Positions 1-8,654 of a stretch of 64,000 nucleotides of DNA are shown here, in pieces (positions within the stretch are counted from its first letter, which is position 1; each line of letters begins with the position of its first letter). The position numbers and the translations under genes are program-made. The DNA is from an uncultured bacterium (lineage in GTDB: Bacteria > Verrucomicrobiota > Kiritimatiellia > CAIKKV01 > CALHGX01). The notes beneath the pieces were generated by a model. It had not been told where the DNA came from, ran no database searches, and was given only the letters and a program-made list of their open reading frames with translations. The stretch covers positions 1,715 through 65,714 of the forward strand of contig CALHGX010000023.1 of NCBI GenBank assembly GCA_938031185.1. The letters run 5' to 3'.

Positions 1-1323
1 CCGTTCGTGGCGGAACGCCTCCTACGGTTTGCGCGCTGCGCGGCTGCCGTTGCGGAAATGCGCGGCAAGAATTATCTGTCTCTCGGCAGCGTGTCCATGG
101 GCATCATCGGTTCCGATGTCCGGCGCAACCTCCTCCACCACTATTTCGGGATGGGCGCCGTATCCGTGGACATGGTGGCCATACAGGGCCGCATGGCGCG
201 CGGGTACTACGATCACGAGGAGCTCGAAAAGGCCTTTGCGTTCATGAAGGAGAACTTCCGCTTCGATTTCGGCGAAGGCGTTCGGCCTCTGCCGCCGGAT
301 GACCTGCTGCGGGAATGCCTGAAAATGACGCTGATCACGCGGGACCTGATGATCGGCAACCCCCGACTAGCCGACGAACGGGTGGGCCGGAAGCAGGGGT
401 TTCGGGCCGACGTGGAATTCGCGCAGGGCTGCCATGCCATTGCCGCCGGGACGCAGGGGCAACGGGCCTGGACGGACCTTTACCCGAATTTCGACATGAC
501 GGAATCGCTTCTTTGCAGTTCCTTCGATTGGAACGGCCCGCGGGCGCCGATGGTCGTGGCCACGGAAAACGACTGCAAGAACGGAATGGGGATGTTGGCG
601 GCGACGCTACTGACCGGCATGCCGCAGATGTTTGCCGACATCCGTACCAACTGGACCCCGGCGAGCATTCGCAAGGCCACGGGGCGGGACGTCAGCAAGC
701 TGGTGCCCGGCGGGCTGATTGACAAGCGCAATTCCGGCGCGGCGGCGCTGGAATACAGCGTGGATGTTTTCAAGCTGGTGGGCGGGGGGGACCGCACCAT
801 TCAGGCAGTGGCGGCCTTGTTGCGGGAACGGAGCGATCTTCGCGAGAAGTTGATCAGAGCGGCGATGCGCAACACCATCTATACGGCTGCCACGTTGGAA
901 TATTTTCCCGGGGACGGCCTGTCGAGCCACTTCCGCACGCCGGGCGGAATTCCGATGACGGCCTATCGGTACAACGTGATCGGCGACGAAATCACTTGTT
1001 CCGTGGTGGAAGGGGACACCGTGGAATTGCCCCGCGAGGTTGCCGATCACATCAGCGAGGTGACGGACAAGACCTGGCCTGAAACATACTGGGCGCCGCG
1101 GAACATGACGTCGTTCGAGTACATGTCGCGCATCGGACCGAATCATGACGCGAACTCCTTTGGACTGATCGGCGCGGACCTCCTGACGTTCAACGCCATG
1201 CTTCGCATCCCGGTCGACATGCACAATGTGCCGCCCGAGCAGGTGTTCCGCCCGACCTTGTGGGATCGGTATGGCGGGGACGATTTCCGAGTCTGCAAGG
1301 CGTTGGGGCCGTTGTACGTCTGA
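1..1323 (+). CDS. fucI: L-fucose/D-arabinose isomerase, 5'-truncated by the window edge
   Basis: Motifs GKNYLSLGSVSMGI, ATEND (catalytic Glu), FADIRT (catalytic Asp), GPNH, MLRIPVDMHNV and C-terminal GPLY. The frame is open to base 1. Confidence 0.9.
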   Translation, partial: PFVAERLLRFARCAAAVAEMRGKNYLSLGSVSMGIIGSDVRRNLLHHYFGMGAVSVDMVAIQGRMARGYYDHEELEKAFAFMKENFRFDFGEGVRPLPPDDLLRECLKMTLITRDLMIGNPRLADERVGRKQGFRADVEFAQGCHAIAAGTQGQRAWTDLYPNFDMTESLLCSSFDWNGPRAPMVVATENDCKNGMGMLAATLLTGMPQMFADIRTNWTPASIRKATGRDVSKLVPGGLIDKRNSGAAALEYSVDVFKLVGGGDRTIQAVAALLRERSDLREKLIRAAMRNTIYTAATLEYFPGDGLSSHFRTPGGIPMTAYRYNVIGDEITCSVVEGDTVELPREVADHISEVTDKTWPETYWAPRNMTSFEYMSRIGPNHDANSFGLIGADLLTFNAMLRIPVDMHNVPPEQVFRPTLWDRYGGDDFRVCKALGPLYV

Positions 1324-1333
1324 ACGAAACGCC

Positions 1334-2125
1334 TCACCTGGCCGCCGGCGGAGCCGTTTCGTGCGGTTGCTGCCGGCGTCTTCTTTCCCAGAGGCGCGTG
1401 GTCCAAATGGAGATTTCGTAGAGGACGATCAACGGCGTGGCGAGCATGACCTGCGTGGCGGGATCGGTCGTGGGCGTGATGATCATCGCCAATGCCAGCG
1501 CCAGGACGACCGCATGGCGGCGTTTGCCGCGCAGTTGGTCTGACCGGACCAGGCCCAGCCGTCCCAGCGCCATCAGCACCGCCGGCAGCTCGAACGTCAA
1601 TCCGAAGGCCAGGAGGAGCCGCAGGACGAACGCAATGTAGTCGGTCACGCGCCAGAACTCGACCGGAATGCCCATCCATTCGTTGAACCAGAGCATGATG
1701 CGAAGGGCCGCGGGCAGGGCATAGAAGTAGCCCAGCAGGATGCCGCCAACGAAGAGCAGGGACGCGAACACCAGCCCGCTGCCCAACGCCCGGCGCTCCG
1801 CCGGCTTCAGCGCCGGGCCGAGATAACCGGCGAGAATGGCGAGCATGAGGGGAGTGCTGAGAAACAAGCCCCCCCACAGTGCGGTTTGCATGGCCAATGC
1901 CACGCCGCCGGTGACTTCCAGCGTCCGAAGGAAACGATCCGGATCCGCCACCACCGATCGCAGGGGGTGCTTCAAGACGTTCAACAGGCGCGGAGCCAGT
2001 GCGCCGGCAAACGCCATCCCGGCGGCCAGTACCGCGAGGCACTTGAGCAGAACGCCGCGCAGGTCTTCCAAGTGATCCAGGAAGGGTTTGACGGGGCCGC
2101 CGTTTGGTTCAGCCAGCATGGTCAT
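1334..2125 (-). CDS. tatC: Twin-arginine translocase subunit TatC
   Basis: FLDHLEDLR, FGLTFELP, ITPTTDP and LYEISI motifs; about 6 TM segments. Confidence 0.95.
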   Translation of the reverse strand: MTMLAEPNGGPVKPFLDHLEDLRGVLLKCLAVLAAGMAFAGALAPRLLNVLKHPLRSVVADPDRFLRTLEVTGGVALAMQTALWGGLFLSTPLMLAILAGYLGPALKPAERRALGSGLVFASLLFVGGILLGYFYALPAALRIMLWFNEWMGIPVEFWRVTDYIAFVLRLLLAFGLTFELPAVLMALGRLGLVRSDQLRGKRRHAVVLALALAMIITPTTDPATQVMLATPLIVLYEISIWTTRLWERRRRQQPHETAPPAAR

Positions 2126-2444
2126 ACGGGTCGCCCTTTACTTGCGGCGGCTCTTCCGTTGGCGGTGCCTCGCGGCATGCGCCGGCCGTCGGCCGCGTGC
2201 GATCCGGATCATGAGAGGGCAACGGCGTATTCGTTTCATCCGGGGGGGGCGAAAGCAGCTCGTCTCGTATGGATCGGGCCGCGCGTTGCCATTCCTCGAT
2301 GGTCTTGCCGAGGGAGCGCGCGATGCCCGGGAGGCGTTTGCTTCCGAAGAGCAGCAGGGCCGCGGCCAGGACCAACAGCAATTCACCGCCGCCGATGCCC
2401 GGCCCGAAAAAACCGATACCGCTCATGGATGCCGGCTCAAGCAT
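2109..2444 (-). CDS. tatA: Twin-arginine translocase subunit TatA/TatB
   Basis: GGGELLLVLAAALLLFGSKRLPGIARSLGK. Start placed at ATG 2444 after a GGAGGAG SD. Confidence 0.9.
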   Translation of the reverse strand: MLEPASMSGIGFFGPGIGGGELLLVLAAALLLFGSKRLPGIARSLGKTIEEWQRAARSIRDELLSPPPDETNTPLPSHDPDRTRPTAGACREAPPTEEPPQVKGDPYDHAG

Positions 2445-2457
2445 CCGCTTCTCCTCC

Positions 2458-2490
2458 AAAAAGGAAGAAGCCCCGGACCGTGCCGGGGCT
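2458..2490 (-). terminator. Intrinsic terminator between pal and tatA
   Basis: Minus strand AGCCCCGG-cacggt-CCGGGGCT (8-bp stem) followed by TCTTCCTTTTT. Confidence 0.65.
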
Positions 2491-2521
2491 CCCACCACTT
2501 CTTGCAGCGCGCAGACGGGGA

Positions 2522-3049
2522 TTACTCGCCCATCAACACGAATTCCACGCGGCGGTTCACGCGCCAGGCCTCTTCATTGTGGCCGGGATCTTTCGGGCGT
2601 TCTTCACCGAAGCTCTTCGTCTGAATGCGGCCGGCATCCACGCCCATGTTCATGAGGACGGCCCGAACCGCCAGCGCGCGTCGCTCGCCAAGGGCCATGT
2701 TGTACTCGTTGCTGCCCCGTTCGTCGCAATGCCCTTCAAGCACAACCGTCACACGGCCATTGGCCTTCATGAACTGCGCCACGGCCTCCACCTTGCCGAT
2801 TTCCGAATCGTTTACGCGGGCGCTGTCGAAGTCAAACAACACGTTCGCGAATTGTTCGCCGAGCGGCGCGCCCAGCATTCCTTCGCGTCCCGGCAGCCCG
2901 ATTTCGCCTGGCAGACCAGTGTCGGTAATCATATCGCCTGGTCCGAGCCCCGATCCCGCGCCCCGCTTGCCGGGCCGGCGGCATCCGGTCGCCATCGTGG
3001 CCGCCAATCCCGCCACCAATGCCAAGCAAACCCATTGCTTCACCCGCAT
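2522..3049 (-). CDS. pal: Peptidoglycan-associated lipoprotein (OmpA-like domain)
   Basis: Lipobox MATGC; FDFDS, EGHCDERGSNEYNMALGERRA, SFGEERP and NRRVEF motifs; lies downstream of tolB. Confidence 0.95.
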   Translation of the reverse strand: MRVKQWVCLALVAGLAATMATGCRRPGKRGAGSGLGPGDMITDTGLPGEIGLPGREGMLGAPLGEQFANVLFDFDSARVNDSEIGKVEAVAQFMKANGRVTVVLEGHCDERGSNEYNMALGERRALAVRAVLMNMGVDAGRIQTKSFGEERPKDPGHNEEAWRVNRRVEFVLMGE

Positions 3050-3081
3050 CGCGCACCTTCCTTCCTGATGGTTCCGCACGC

Positions 3082-4320
3082 CTATTCCGCCGACCAAGCC
3101 GGCGAAAACCAATCTCCCGAATTAGGGGTCAACGATACCGGCGCATCGCCCAGTGTGTCAAGCACCCAAATTTGGGAACGATGACCAGCAGTGCGGGCGC
3201 AGACCACGTGGCGGCCGTTGGGCGCCCAGGAAGGATCTTCATAGTCCGCGTCGGCCGGGCTTACGACCCGTTCCTCTCCGGTGTCCGGATGCGCGATGCA
3301 CACCACGTAGCGTCCGGCGCGGCGGCTGGTGAAGGCGATCCATCCGTTCGGCCCCCAATCCGGCGCGACGTTTTCCCGGCCGCGGCTGGTCAGCAGGCGG
3401 GTGTTTCCGGCTCGATCGGTGATGTACAACTGCGGCGCGCCGACGCCGGCGCGATCGGAGACATAGACAATGCGCGAGCCATCCGGCGACCACGAGGAGC
3501 TGGCTTCCGCGGCTCGAGGCGTCGAGGTCAGTCGCGTCAGCTTTCTGGATCGCAGGTCCAGGATGTAAAGTTCGGGATTGCCGTCACGGGAGAGCGCAAG
3601 GGAGACTTCCTGCCCGTCGGGCGAAAAGCCGCCCGCCAGATTCATGCCGGGGAAATTGGCGATGCATTGGCGCTGCCTGGTTCCGAGGTCAATGACGTAG
3701 GCGTCGGGGAACCCGCTGCGATAGGAGGTGTAGAGGATACGGCGTCCCTGCCGGCTCCAGGCGGGCGCCAGGCTGATCGAGCGATCATGGGTGATCTGGC
3801 GCAGATTGGCGCCGTCCGCATCCATCAGGAAAAGCTCCTTGTTGGCCCCCACTCGCCCGACGAGAACGATCTGTGTGCCCGCGATGCCCGGCACGCCTTT
3901 GAGCGCCTTGACGAGATCGTCGGCGACCCGATGGGCCAGTCGCCGCGCCTCGGCCGCGTTTTCTTGATAGGATCGGTCAAGGCGGACCGTGCCGCCGGCC
4001 GCGTCCCGCGCCTGGCAGCGCACGGCGATCTGGCCGCCGCGCTCTTCGTAGTTTCCCGTGACTGCGTAGGCGCCGGGAGCGGATAGGGAAAACCATCCGG
4101 AGCGCCTGAGATCGTTTTCCAGCGTGGCGCGGAACACGCCGGCGGCGCCGGCGCGTTCGCCCGTGAAGCCTGACAAGTCCAGGGCCGTCTTGCCTGCGCC
4201 GGACTTGATGACGCGGAGATCCTGCGCAGAAGCCGTTGCCGCCAGCAAACCGATCAGCGCGAAGTGATGCCATGTGTTTCTCTTCATGATGGAGAGGGCC
4301 CTTTCCAAGGATGTTTTCAT
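3082..4320 (-). CDS. tolB: TolB beta-propeller protein (start could be 4287)
   Basis: Signal peptide, AHRVADD, PD40 repeats (PAWS, FSPDG, WSPDG, PSWAPNG); tol-pal context. Confidence 0.92.
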   Translation of the reverse strand: MKTSLERALSIMKRNTWHHFALIGLLAATASAQDLRVIKSGAGKTALDLSGFTGERAGAAGVFRATLENDLRRSGWFSLSAPGAYAVTGNYEERGGQIAVRCQARDAAGGTVRLDRSYQENAAEARRLAHRVADDLVKALKGVPGIAGTQIVLVGRVGANKELFLMDADGANLRQITHDRSISLAPAWSRQGRRILYTSYRSGFPDAYVIDLGTRQRQCIANFPGMNLAGGFSPDGQEVSLALSRDGNPELYILDLRSRKLTRLTSTPRAAEASSSWSPDGSRIVYVSDRAGVGAPQLYITDRAGNTRLLTSRGRENVAPDWGPNGWIAFTSRRAGRYVVCIAHPDTGEERVVSPADADYEDPSWAPNGRHVVCARTAGHRSQIWVLDTLGDAPVSLTPNSGDWFSPAWSAE

Positions 4321-4324
4321 GGGA

Positions 4325-5110
4325 CTATTGATCCGTCAGTTCAAATGAGACAACCAGACGGCGGTTGCTAATCAGAAAATCAGCCGGGATGCCGGAGACC
4401 CTCCGCACGGCGCGAACAGCCCGGACTACGGACTCATCCATGGGGGTTGAGCCCGAAGGCGCGACGATGCGGTGGCCGGTGATCGTGCCGTCCGGGTTGA
4501 ACGTCAGTTCCATGCGGGTGGTCAGTCCGTACGCGCCCGAGCTCGGCTGATCCCAAGCGGCATAGAGCGCCTGACGGATCATCTCCCGATAAAGCTGGTC
4601 CGGCGTCATGGCCGCGCCGTGCTCCGCGAAGGTCTGACTCGTGTTCAGCAGGCGGCGCAGGTCGGCGTCGGAGAGGCTGGAGCGCTCGCCCGGTTTTGCG
4701 CCACGTTCGAGAAGGCGACGTATTTCTTCCGCCGTCAGCTTGGGTTGGGCCGGTTTTTGCTGGATCGGGCGCGTGACGCGTTTCTGGCTGACCTCGATCT
4801 TGCGCGGAGGTCCAGGCGGTTTTGGTGGCGGCGGTTTGGGCCGCGGGGTTTTCTGCTCGGGCGGTTTTGGCGGAGCAATGTCTTCCGGATCAGGCGGCGG
4901 TTCGGTCGGTGGCGCTGGACGCAGCGCCGCCGTACCCGATTCGGCGGCCGGCGTGGCGACGATCAGCTCGATGGGGATGGCGGCGGCTGCTGGACGGGAC
5001 TTGGTGCAGCCGTGCAGGAACATGGAGACAACAAGGACGAGAATGAGCCCGGCATGTGTGCCGGCCACCACGGCCAGGTTGACAAGAAAGCGCGCGCGAT
5101 GAGGGGTCAT
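4325..5110 (-). CDS. TolA/TonB-family energy transducer
   Basis: N-terminal TM with His (GTHAG), Pro/Lys-rich linker, TonB_C-like end (PDGTI...SGSTPMDESVVRAV). Confidence 0.85.
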   Translation of the reverse strand: MTPHRARFLVNLAVVAGTHAGLILVLVVSMFLHGCTKSRPAAAAIPIELIVATPAAESGTAALRPAPPTEPPPDPEDIAPPKPPEQKTPRPKPPPPKPPGPPRKIEVSQKRVTRPIQQKPAQPKLTAEEIRRLLERGAKPGERSSLSDADLRRLLNTSQTFAEHGAAMTPDQLYREMIRQALYAAWDQPSSGAYGLTTRMELTFNPDGTITGHRIVAPSGSTPMDESVVRAVRAVRRVSGIPADFLISNRRLVVSFELTDQ

Positions 5111-5526
5111 GATCCCTGTTTTCCGCCGGGCGCCGTCACCAACGCCAGGCGCGCCAGCTTGGCTTCATGCAGCACCTGCAGCACGCGAACCACCTGGCCG
5201 TAGGGCACGCCTTCGTCGGCGCGGATGAGAATGACGGTATTGGGCGCGGCCTGCCCGAGGCGCATCATTTCGGCCCGGACCTGCTCGATGTCGCTGGCTC
5301 GTTCGTCCAGAAACACGCGCCCTTGGCGATCCACGGTGATCACCCGCTTGTGTTCGGCGGGCAGCTCGGCCGCCTGGCCTCGCGGCAGGCGGACGGGAAT
5401 GCCGGTCTGAATCATGGGAAAGGTAATGACGAAAGTGATGAGCAGCAGAAACGTAAGGTCAATCAGCGGCGTCATGTTGATCTCGCCGATTGGTCGTTGC
5501 AAACGGGCGGAAGACTTGTGCGCCAT
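5107..5526 (-). CDS. TolR/ExbD biopolymer transport protein
   Basis: EINMTPLIDLTFLLLITF and IRADEGVPYG motifs. Confidence 0.92.
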   Translation of the reverse strand: MAHKSSARLQRPIGEINMTPLIDLTFLLLITFVITFPMIQTGIPVRLPRGQAAELPAEHKRVITVDRQGRVFLDERASDIEQVRAEMMRLGQAAPNTVILIRADEGVPYGQVVRVLQVLHEAKLARLALVTAPGGKQGS

Positions 5527-5532
5527 CGGGAA

Positions 5533-6294
5533 TCACCGCTCCTTTGGGGGCTGCAGAAAGTAGCGCTCCATGTCGTGGGTGAACTCCTCGCTGAAATTGT
5601 CCATTTCCATGCACAGTCGGCGGATCTGGTTGGTGAGCAGATTATATCCGATGAGGGAGGGCAGGGCGACGATCAGACCGACGACCGTCGTGAGCAAGGC
5701 GCCGGAAATGCCGGGCGCCACCTCGCTTAGCATGACGGTGCCGCTGGCGGCCATGGCTCGAAAGGAATCCATCACGCCCCAAACGGTGCCGAGCAGGCCG
5801 AGAAAAGGCGCGCCCGTCACGGCGGTCGCGAGCAGCCCCATGTCTTCTTCGAGAAAGAACCCCTGATCCATGGCGCTGCGTTCGGCGAGTTTGCGGACGG
5901 TATTGATTTCAAAGGGGCCCACCTGCAAACGAGGCGCCCCGCTTGGGTGGTTCAGCGTCAACTCCAATGCGGTTGTCTTCTCACCGGCTTCCGAAAGAAC
6001 GCCTCCGCTGGCCTGGGCGTATATCACGGCGAGAGGCCCCCCATATTTCCGACTCTGGATGCGCAACGCGAGCGGATTTTCCTCGCGGCGATAGGCGGCG
6101 AGGAAACGCCGGTTTTCGGCGGCCGCGCGCCGGAACTCGCGGGTCTTCGTGATCATGATGGACCAGGCAAAAATCGAGCCGCCCAGCAGCAGCAGCACGA
6201 TGGCCTTTCCGAAAAGGTCCGCGGTGGAAAAGGCGTAGATCACGGTGGATGCGATGCTGGCCAGCGGGCAGCCAGCAAGAAAGAACATCGGCAT
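5533..6294 (-). CDS. TolQ/ExbB/MotA proton channel protein
   Basis: APFLGLLGTVWGVM and APGISGALLTTVVGLIVALPS. Start at 6294 after GGAGG. Confidence 0.92.
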   Translation of the reverse strand: MPMFFLAGCPLASIASTVIYAFSTADLFGKAIVLLLLGGSIFAWSIMITKTREFRRAAAENRRFLAAYRREENPLALRIQSRKYGGPLAVIYAQASGGVLSEAGEKTTALELTLNHPSGAPRLQVGPFEINTVRKLAERSAMDQGFFLEEDMGLLATAVTGAPFLGLLGTVWGVMDSFRAMAASGTVMLSEVAPGISGALLTTVVGLIVALPSLIGYNLLTNQIRRLCMEMDNFSEEFTHDMERYFLQPPKER

Positions 6295-6394
6295 CAAAAA
6301 AACCTCCCAAACACCCTTGGCTCTCTTGTTTGCGGACAAGATGCCCGGCCCCAGGGCCGGCCTGTTCCGCGGAGGCGCGGTTCGCCCGCCGCAC

Positions 6395-6423
6395 AATCTA
6401 GTCCTGTCATTTTCCGAAAACAA
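6395..6423 (-). promoter_or_regulatory. Candidate sigma70 promoter of the tol-pal operon
   Basis: TTGTTT-17 nt-TAGATT on the minus strand. Confidence 0.4.
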
Positions 6424-6542
6424 GGCGTTCGTTTTTTGAGCCTGGCGGGGTACGGCCGCGCAAAGCGGCGTGGAATGCGCCGGTGGCAGAAAAGGCGAAG
6501 CCTCGCGACAGCGGACGCCCCATTGAAAAAAGATAAAAATTA

Positions 6543-6590
6543 TTGACGGTGGTGGGGCAAAGTGTTGAATTGTGTCAGGATGTGGAGTGG
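6543..6590 (+). promoter_or_regulatory. dcw promoter with MraZ-binding repeats
   Basis: TTGACG -35 at 6543, then GTG(G) boxes at exact 10-bp spacing (6552, 6562, 6572, 6582) directly upstream of mraZ. Confidence 0.75.
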
Positions 6591-6635
6591 AAAGGGTCTC
6601 CCGTGGGGAACAAGGGGAACAAAAGAGATGAGGGG

Positions 6636-7094
6636 GTGAACGAGCGGCCGGCGGCGTTGGGCATTTTTGTCGGCACGTTCTTTCATGCCCTTGATCCGAA
6701 AAGGCGGCTCACCATCCCGTCCGAGTGGCGGGAGCAGTCCGGCGAGTCGGAGAGCTTCTACGTTCTTCCCGGGGTGGATCAACCCTGCCTAGTTGTCTTT
6801 CCGGCCCGCGTGATTGCCGGGCGGCTGGAGCGCATCCGTCATCATTCAATCGCCGATGCGCAGGCGCGACAGTTCGCCCGCGTGCTGGGCTCGCGTTCGC
6901 AGCTTGTGCCTTGGGACAGCCAGGGACGCATCCGGGTGAAAGACGAGCTGCTGGCGCTCGCGGGCATCGAGACGCAGGTGGCCCTGATCGGAGCGTTTGA
7001 GGGATTTGAACTTTGGCATCCGGGACGTTGGCGTGAGTCGGGTTCGATGGATGGCGGCAGCCTGGGCGAGGCGGCTCGATACGTCGGTTTCTAA
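6636..7094 (+). CDS. mraZ: Division/cell-wall cluster transcriptional repressor MraZ
   Basis: Two DPKRRLTIP / DSQGRIRV motifs and FELW; first gene of the dcw cluster; GTG start 6636. Confidence 0.93.
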   Translation: MNERPAALGIFVGTFFHALDPKRRLTIPSEWREQSGESESFYVLPGVDQPCLVVFPARVIAGRLERIRHHSIADAQARQFARVLGSRSQLVPWDSQGRIRVKDELLALAGIETQVALIGAFEGFELWHPGRWRESGSMDGGSLGEAARYVGF

Positions 7095-7143
7095 AAGGCC
7101 GTTCCGGTCCATGGGCCGGACGGAGAGCGGGAAGGAGTGCGGT

Positions 7144-7371
7144 ATGCAGGCGTCGGTTATCACGCAGTTCATGCAGCTTAACGGGGCGATTGTTGGCAAG
7201 GCGGATCGCTCGCGCTGGTTTCGGCTGCCGCGCCGTGAAGTCGTGACGGTGGGCAGCATGCTCGGCAGCCGATTGATTGGCCGGGGCGGGCTGCGAATCG
7301 TCAGCACCGCCTTGAGCGAGGAAGCGCTTCGGCGTCAGGCCCGGCGTCATGCACAAGCCGGTTCTTCTTGA
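7144..7371 (+). CDS. Putative 75-aa basic small protein between mraZ and rsmH
   Basis: AAGGAG SD 6 nt before ATG 7144; fills the mraZ-rsmH gap; no recognisable domain. Confidence 0.35.
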   Translation: MQASVITQFMQLNGAIVGKADRSRWFRLPRREVVTVGSMLGSRLIGRGGLRIVSTALSEEALRRQARRHAQAGSS

Positions 7372-8281
7372 GGGGGTCATGGCGCGGCTGAAGGTTCGGC
7401 CGGGCGGACGGTATGTGGACGCCACGGCCGGCGGCGGCGGCCATGCGCGAGCCATCGCCGAGCGGATGGGCCCGGCCGGTCGTCTGCTGGCGTTGGATCA
7501 GGACGAAACGGCCTTGGCTCGAGCCAGAGCGCGGCTCGAGGGAACGCCCGGAACGTGCGTGTTCGCGCGGGCGAATTTCGCGGAACTGGAGGAGGTTGGT
7601 CTCGAAAACGGCTTTGTCGAGGTGGACGGCGTGCTGATGGATTTGGGGGTTTCGTCCGATCAGCTTGACGAGGCGGAACGGGGGTTCAGTTTTCTGCGCG
7701 ACGGCCCTTTGGACATGCGGATGGATCGGCGGCGGCGCCGAACGGCGGCGGACCTGGTGAACACGCTGGAGGAGTCGGAATTGAGGGACCTGCTGCGAGC
7801 GGGCGGAGAAGAGCGGGAGGCGGGCCGCATCGCGCGCGCCATCGTGCGGGCTCGTCCGCTAGCGCGCACGCTGGAGCTGGCGGAAGTGGTCCGCCGCGCG
7901 AAGCGAACGGAGCGGGGCAGACGGATTGATCCGGCCACGAAGACATTTCAGGCGCTGCGCATGGCGGTCAACGAAGAGTTGGCGGCGTTGGAGCGCGGAC
8001 TGGAGGGAGCGCTGCGGCTCTTGCGGCCCGGCGGACGACTGCTGGTCATTTCGTTCCACAGCCTGGAGGACCGCCTCGTGAAGCGGTGTTTTCTCGCGCA
8101 TGCGGGGCGATGGGAGGCCTTGGAAGCCGGCGGGCGGCGATGGGTGGCCGCCGAGCCGGAAGTGATTTTGGTGGACAGGAAACCGGTGACGCCTTCGCCG
8201 GAAGAGGTGCGGGAGAATCCTCGTGCGCGATCGGCCCGAATGAGGACGGCGCAGCGGAAGGAAGGAGCGAGTCATGCGTAG
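7349..8281 (+). CDS. rsmH: 16S rRNA m4C1402 methyltransferase RsmH (MraW)
   Basis: HKPVLL, DATAGGGGHA, DLGVSS, RGFSF, PLDMRM, FQALR, ISFHSLEDR, NPRARSA. Confidence 0.97.
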   Translation: MHKPVLLEGVMARLKVRPGGRYVDATAGGGGHARAIAERMGPAGRLLALDQDETALARARARLEGTPGTCVFARANFAELEEVGLENGFVEVDGVLMDLGVSSDQLDEAERGFSFLRDGPLDMRMDRRRRRTAADLVNTLEESELRDLLRAGGEEREAGRIARAIVRARPLARTLELAEVVRRAKRTERGRRIDPATKTFQALRMAVNEELAALERGLEGALRLLRPGGRLLVISFHSLEDRLVKRCFLAHAGRWEALEAGGRRWVAAEPEVILVDRKPVTPSPEEVRENPRARSARMRTAQRKEGASHA

Positions 8282-8654
8282 GAATCGCAAGAAGCGAACA
8301 GATGGATTCATCTTTCCGGCCCCGTTGGCGGTGGCCATAGCCGCCTTGTCGGCGTTCGGCGTTTCTTTCGGGTGCCTGCGGGCCCGGACGGACGCATTGG
8401 GGCGGGAGATCAAGCAGTTGGAGGCGCGCCGGAACACCGCGCGGGAGATGGCGCTCAAAGAGGAAAATCGCTGGGCGCAGGCGCGGTCGCCGGCCGGGAT
8501 TGAGGAAGCGCTGAACCGCCACGGCCTGACGATGACCTGGCCGGCCGCCGAGCAGGTGGTTCGGTTGGCGGATGACAGCGGACGTGAAACGCCGGCGCGG
8601 CCGCGGTACGCGGCTTCCCGGTTGTCGCGCTCGGAGCGGATGCGAGTGGAATGA
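8274..8654 (+). CDS. FtsL-like cell division protein
   Basis: Basic N-terminus, single TM and coiled coil; sits between rsmH and ftsI. Confidence 0.7.
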   Translation: MRRNRKKRTDGFIFPAPLAVAIAALSAFGVSFGCLRARTDALGREIKQLEARRNTAREMALKEENRWAQARSPAGIEEALNRHGLTMTWPAAEQVVRLADDSGRETPARPRYAASRLSRSERMRVE

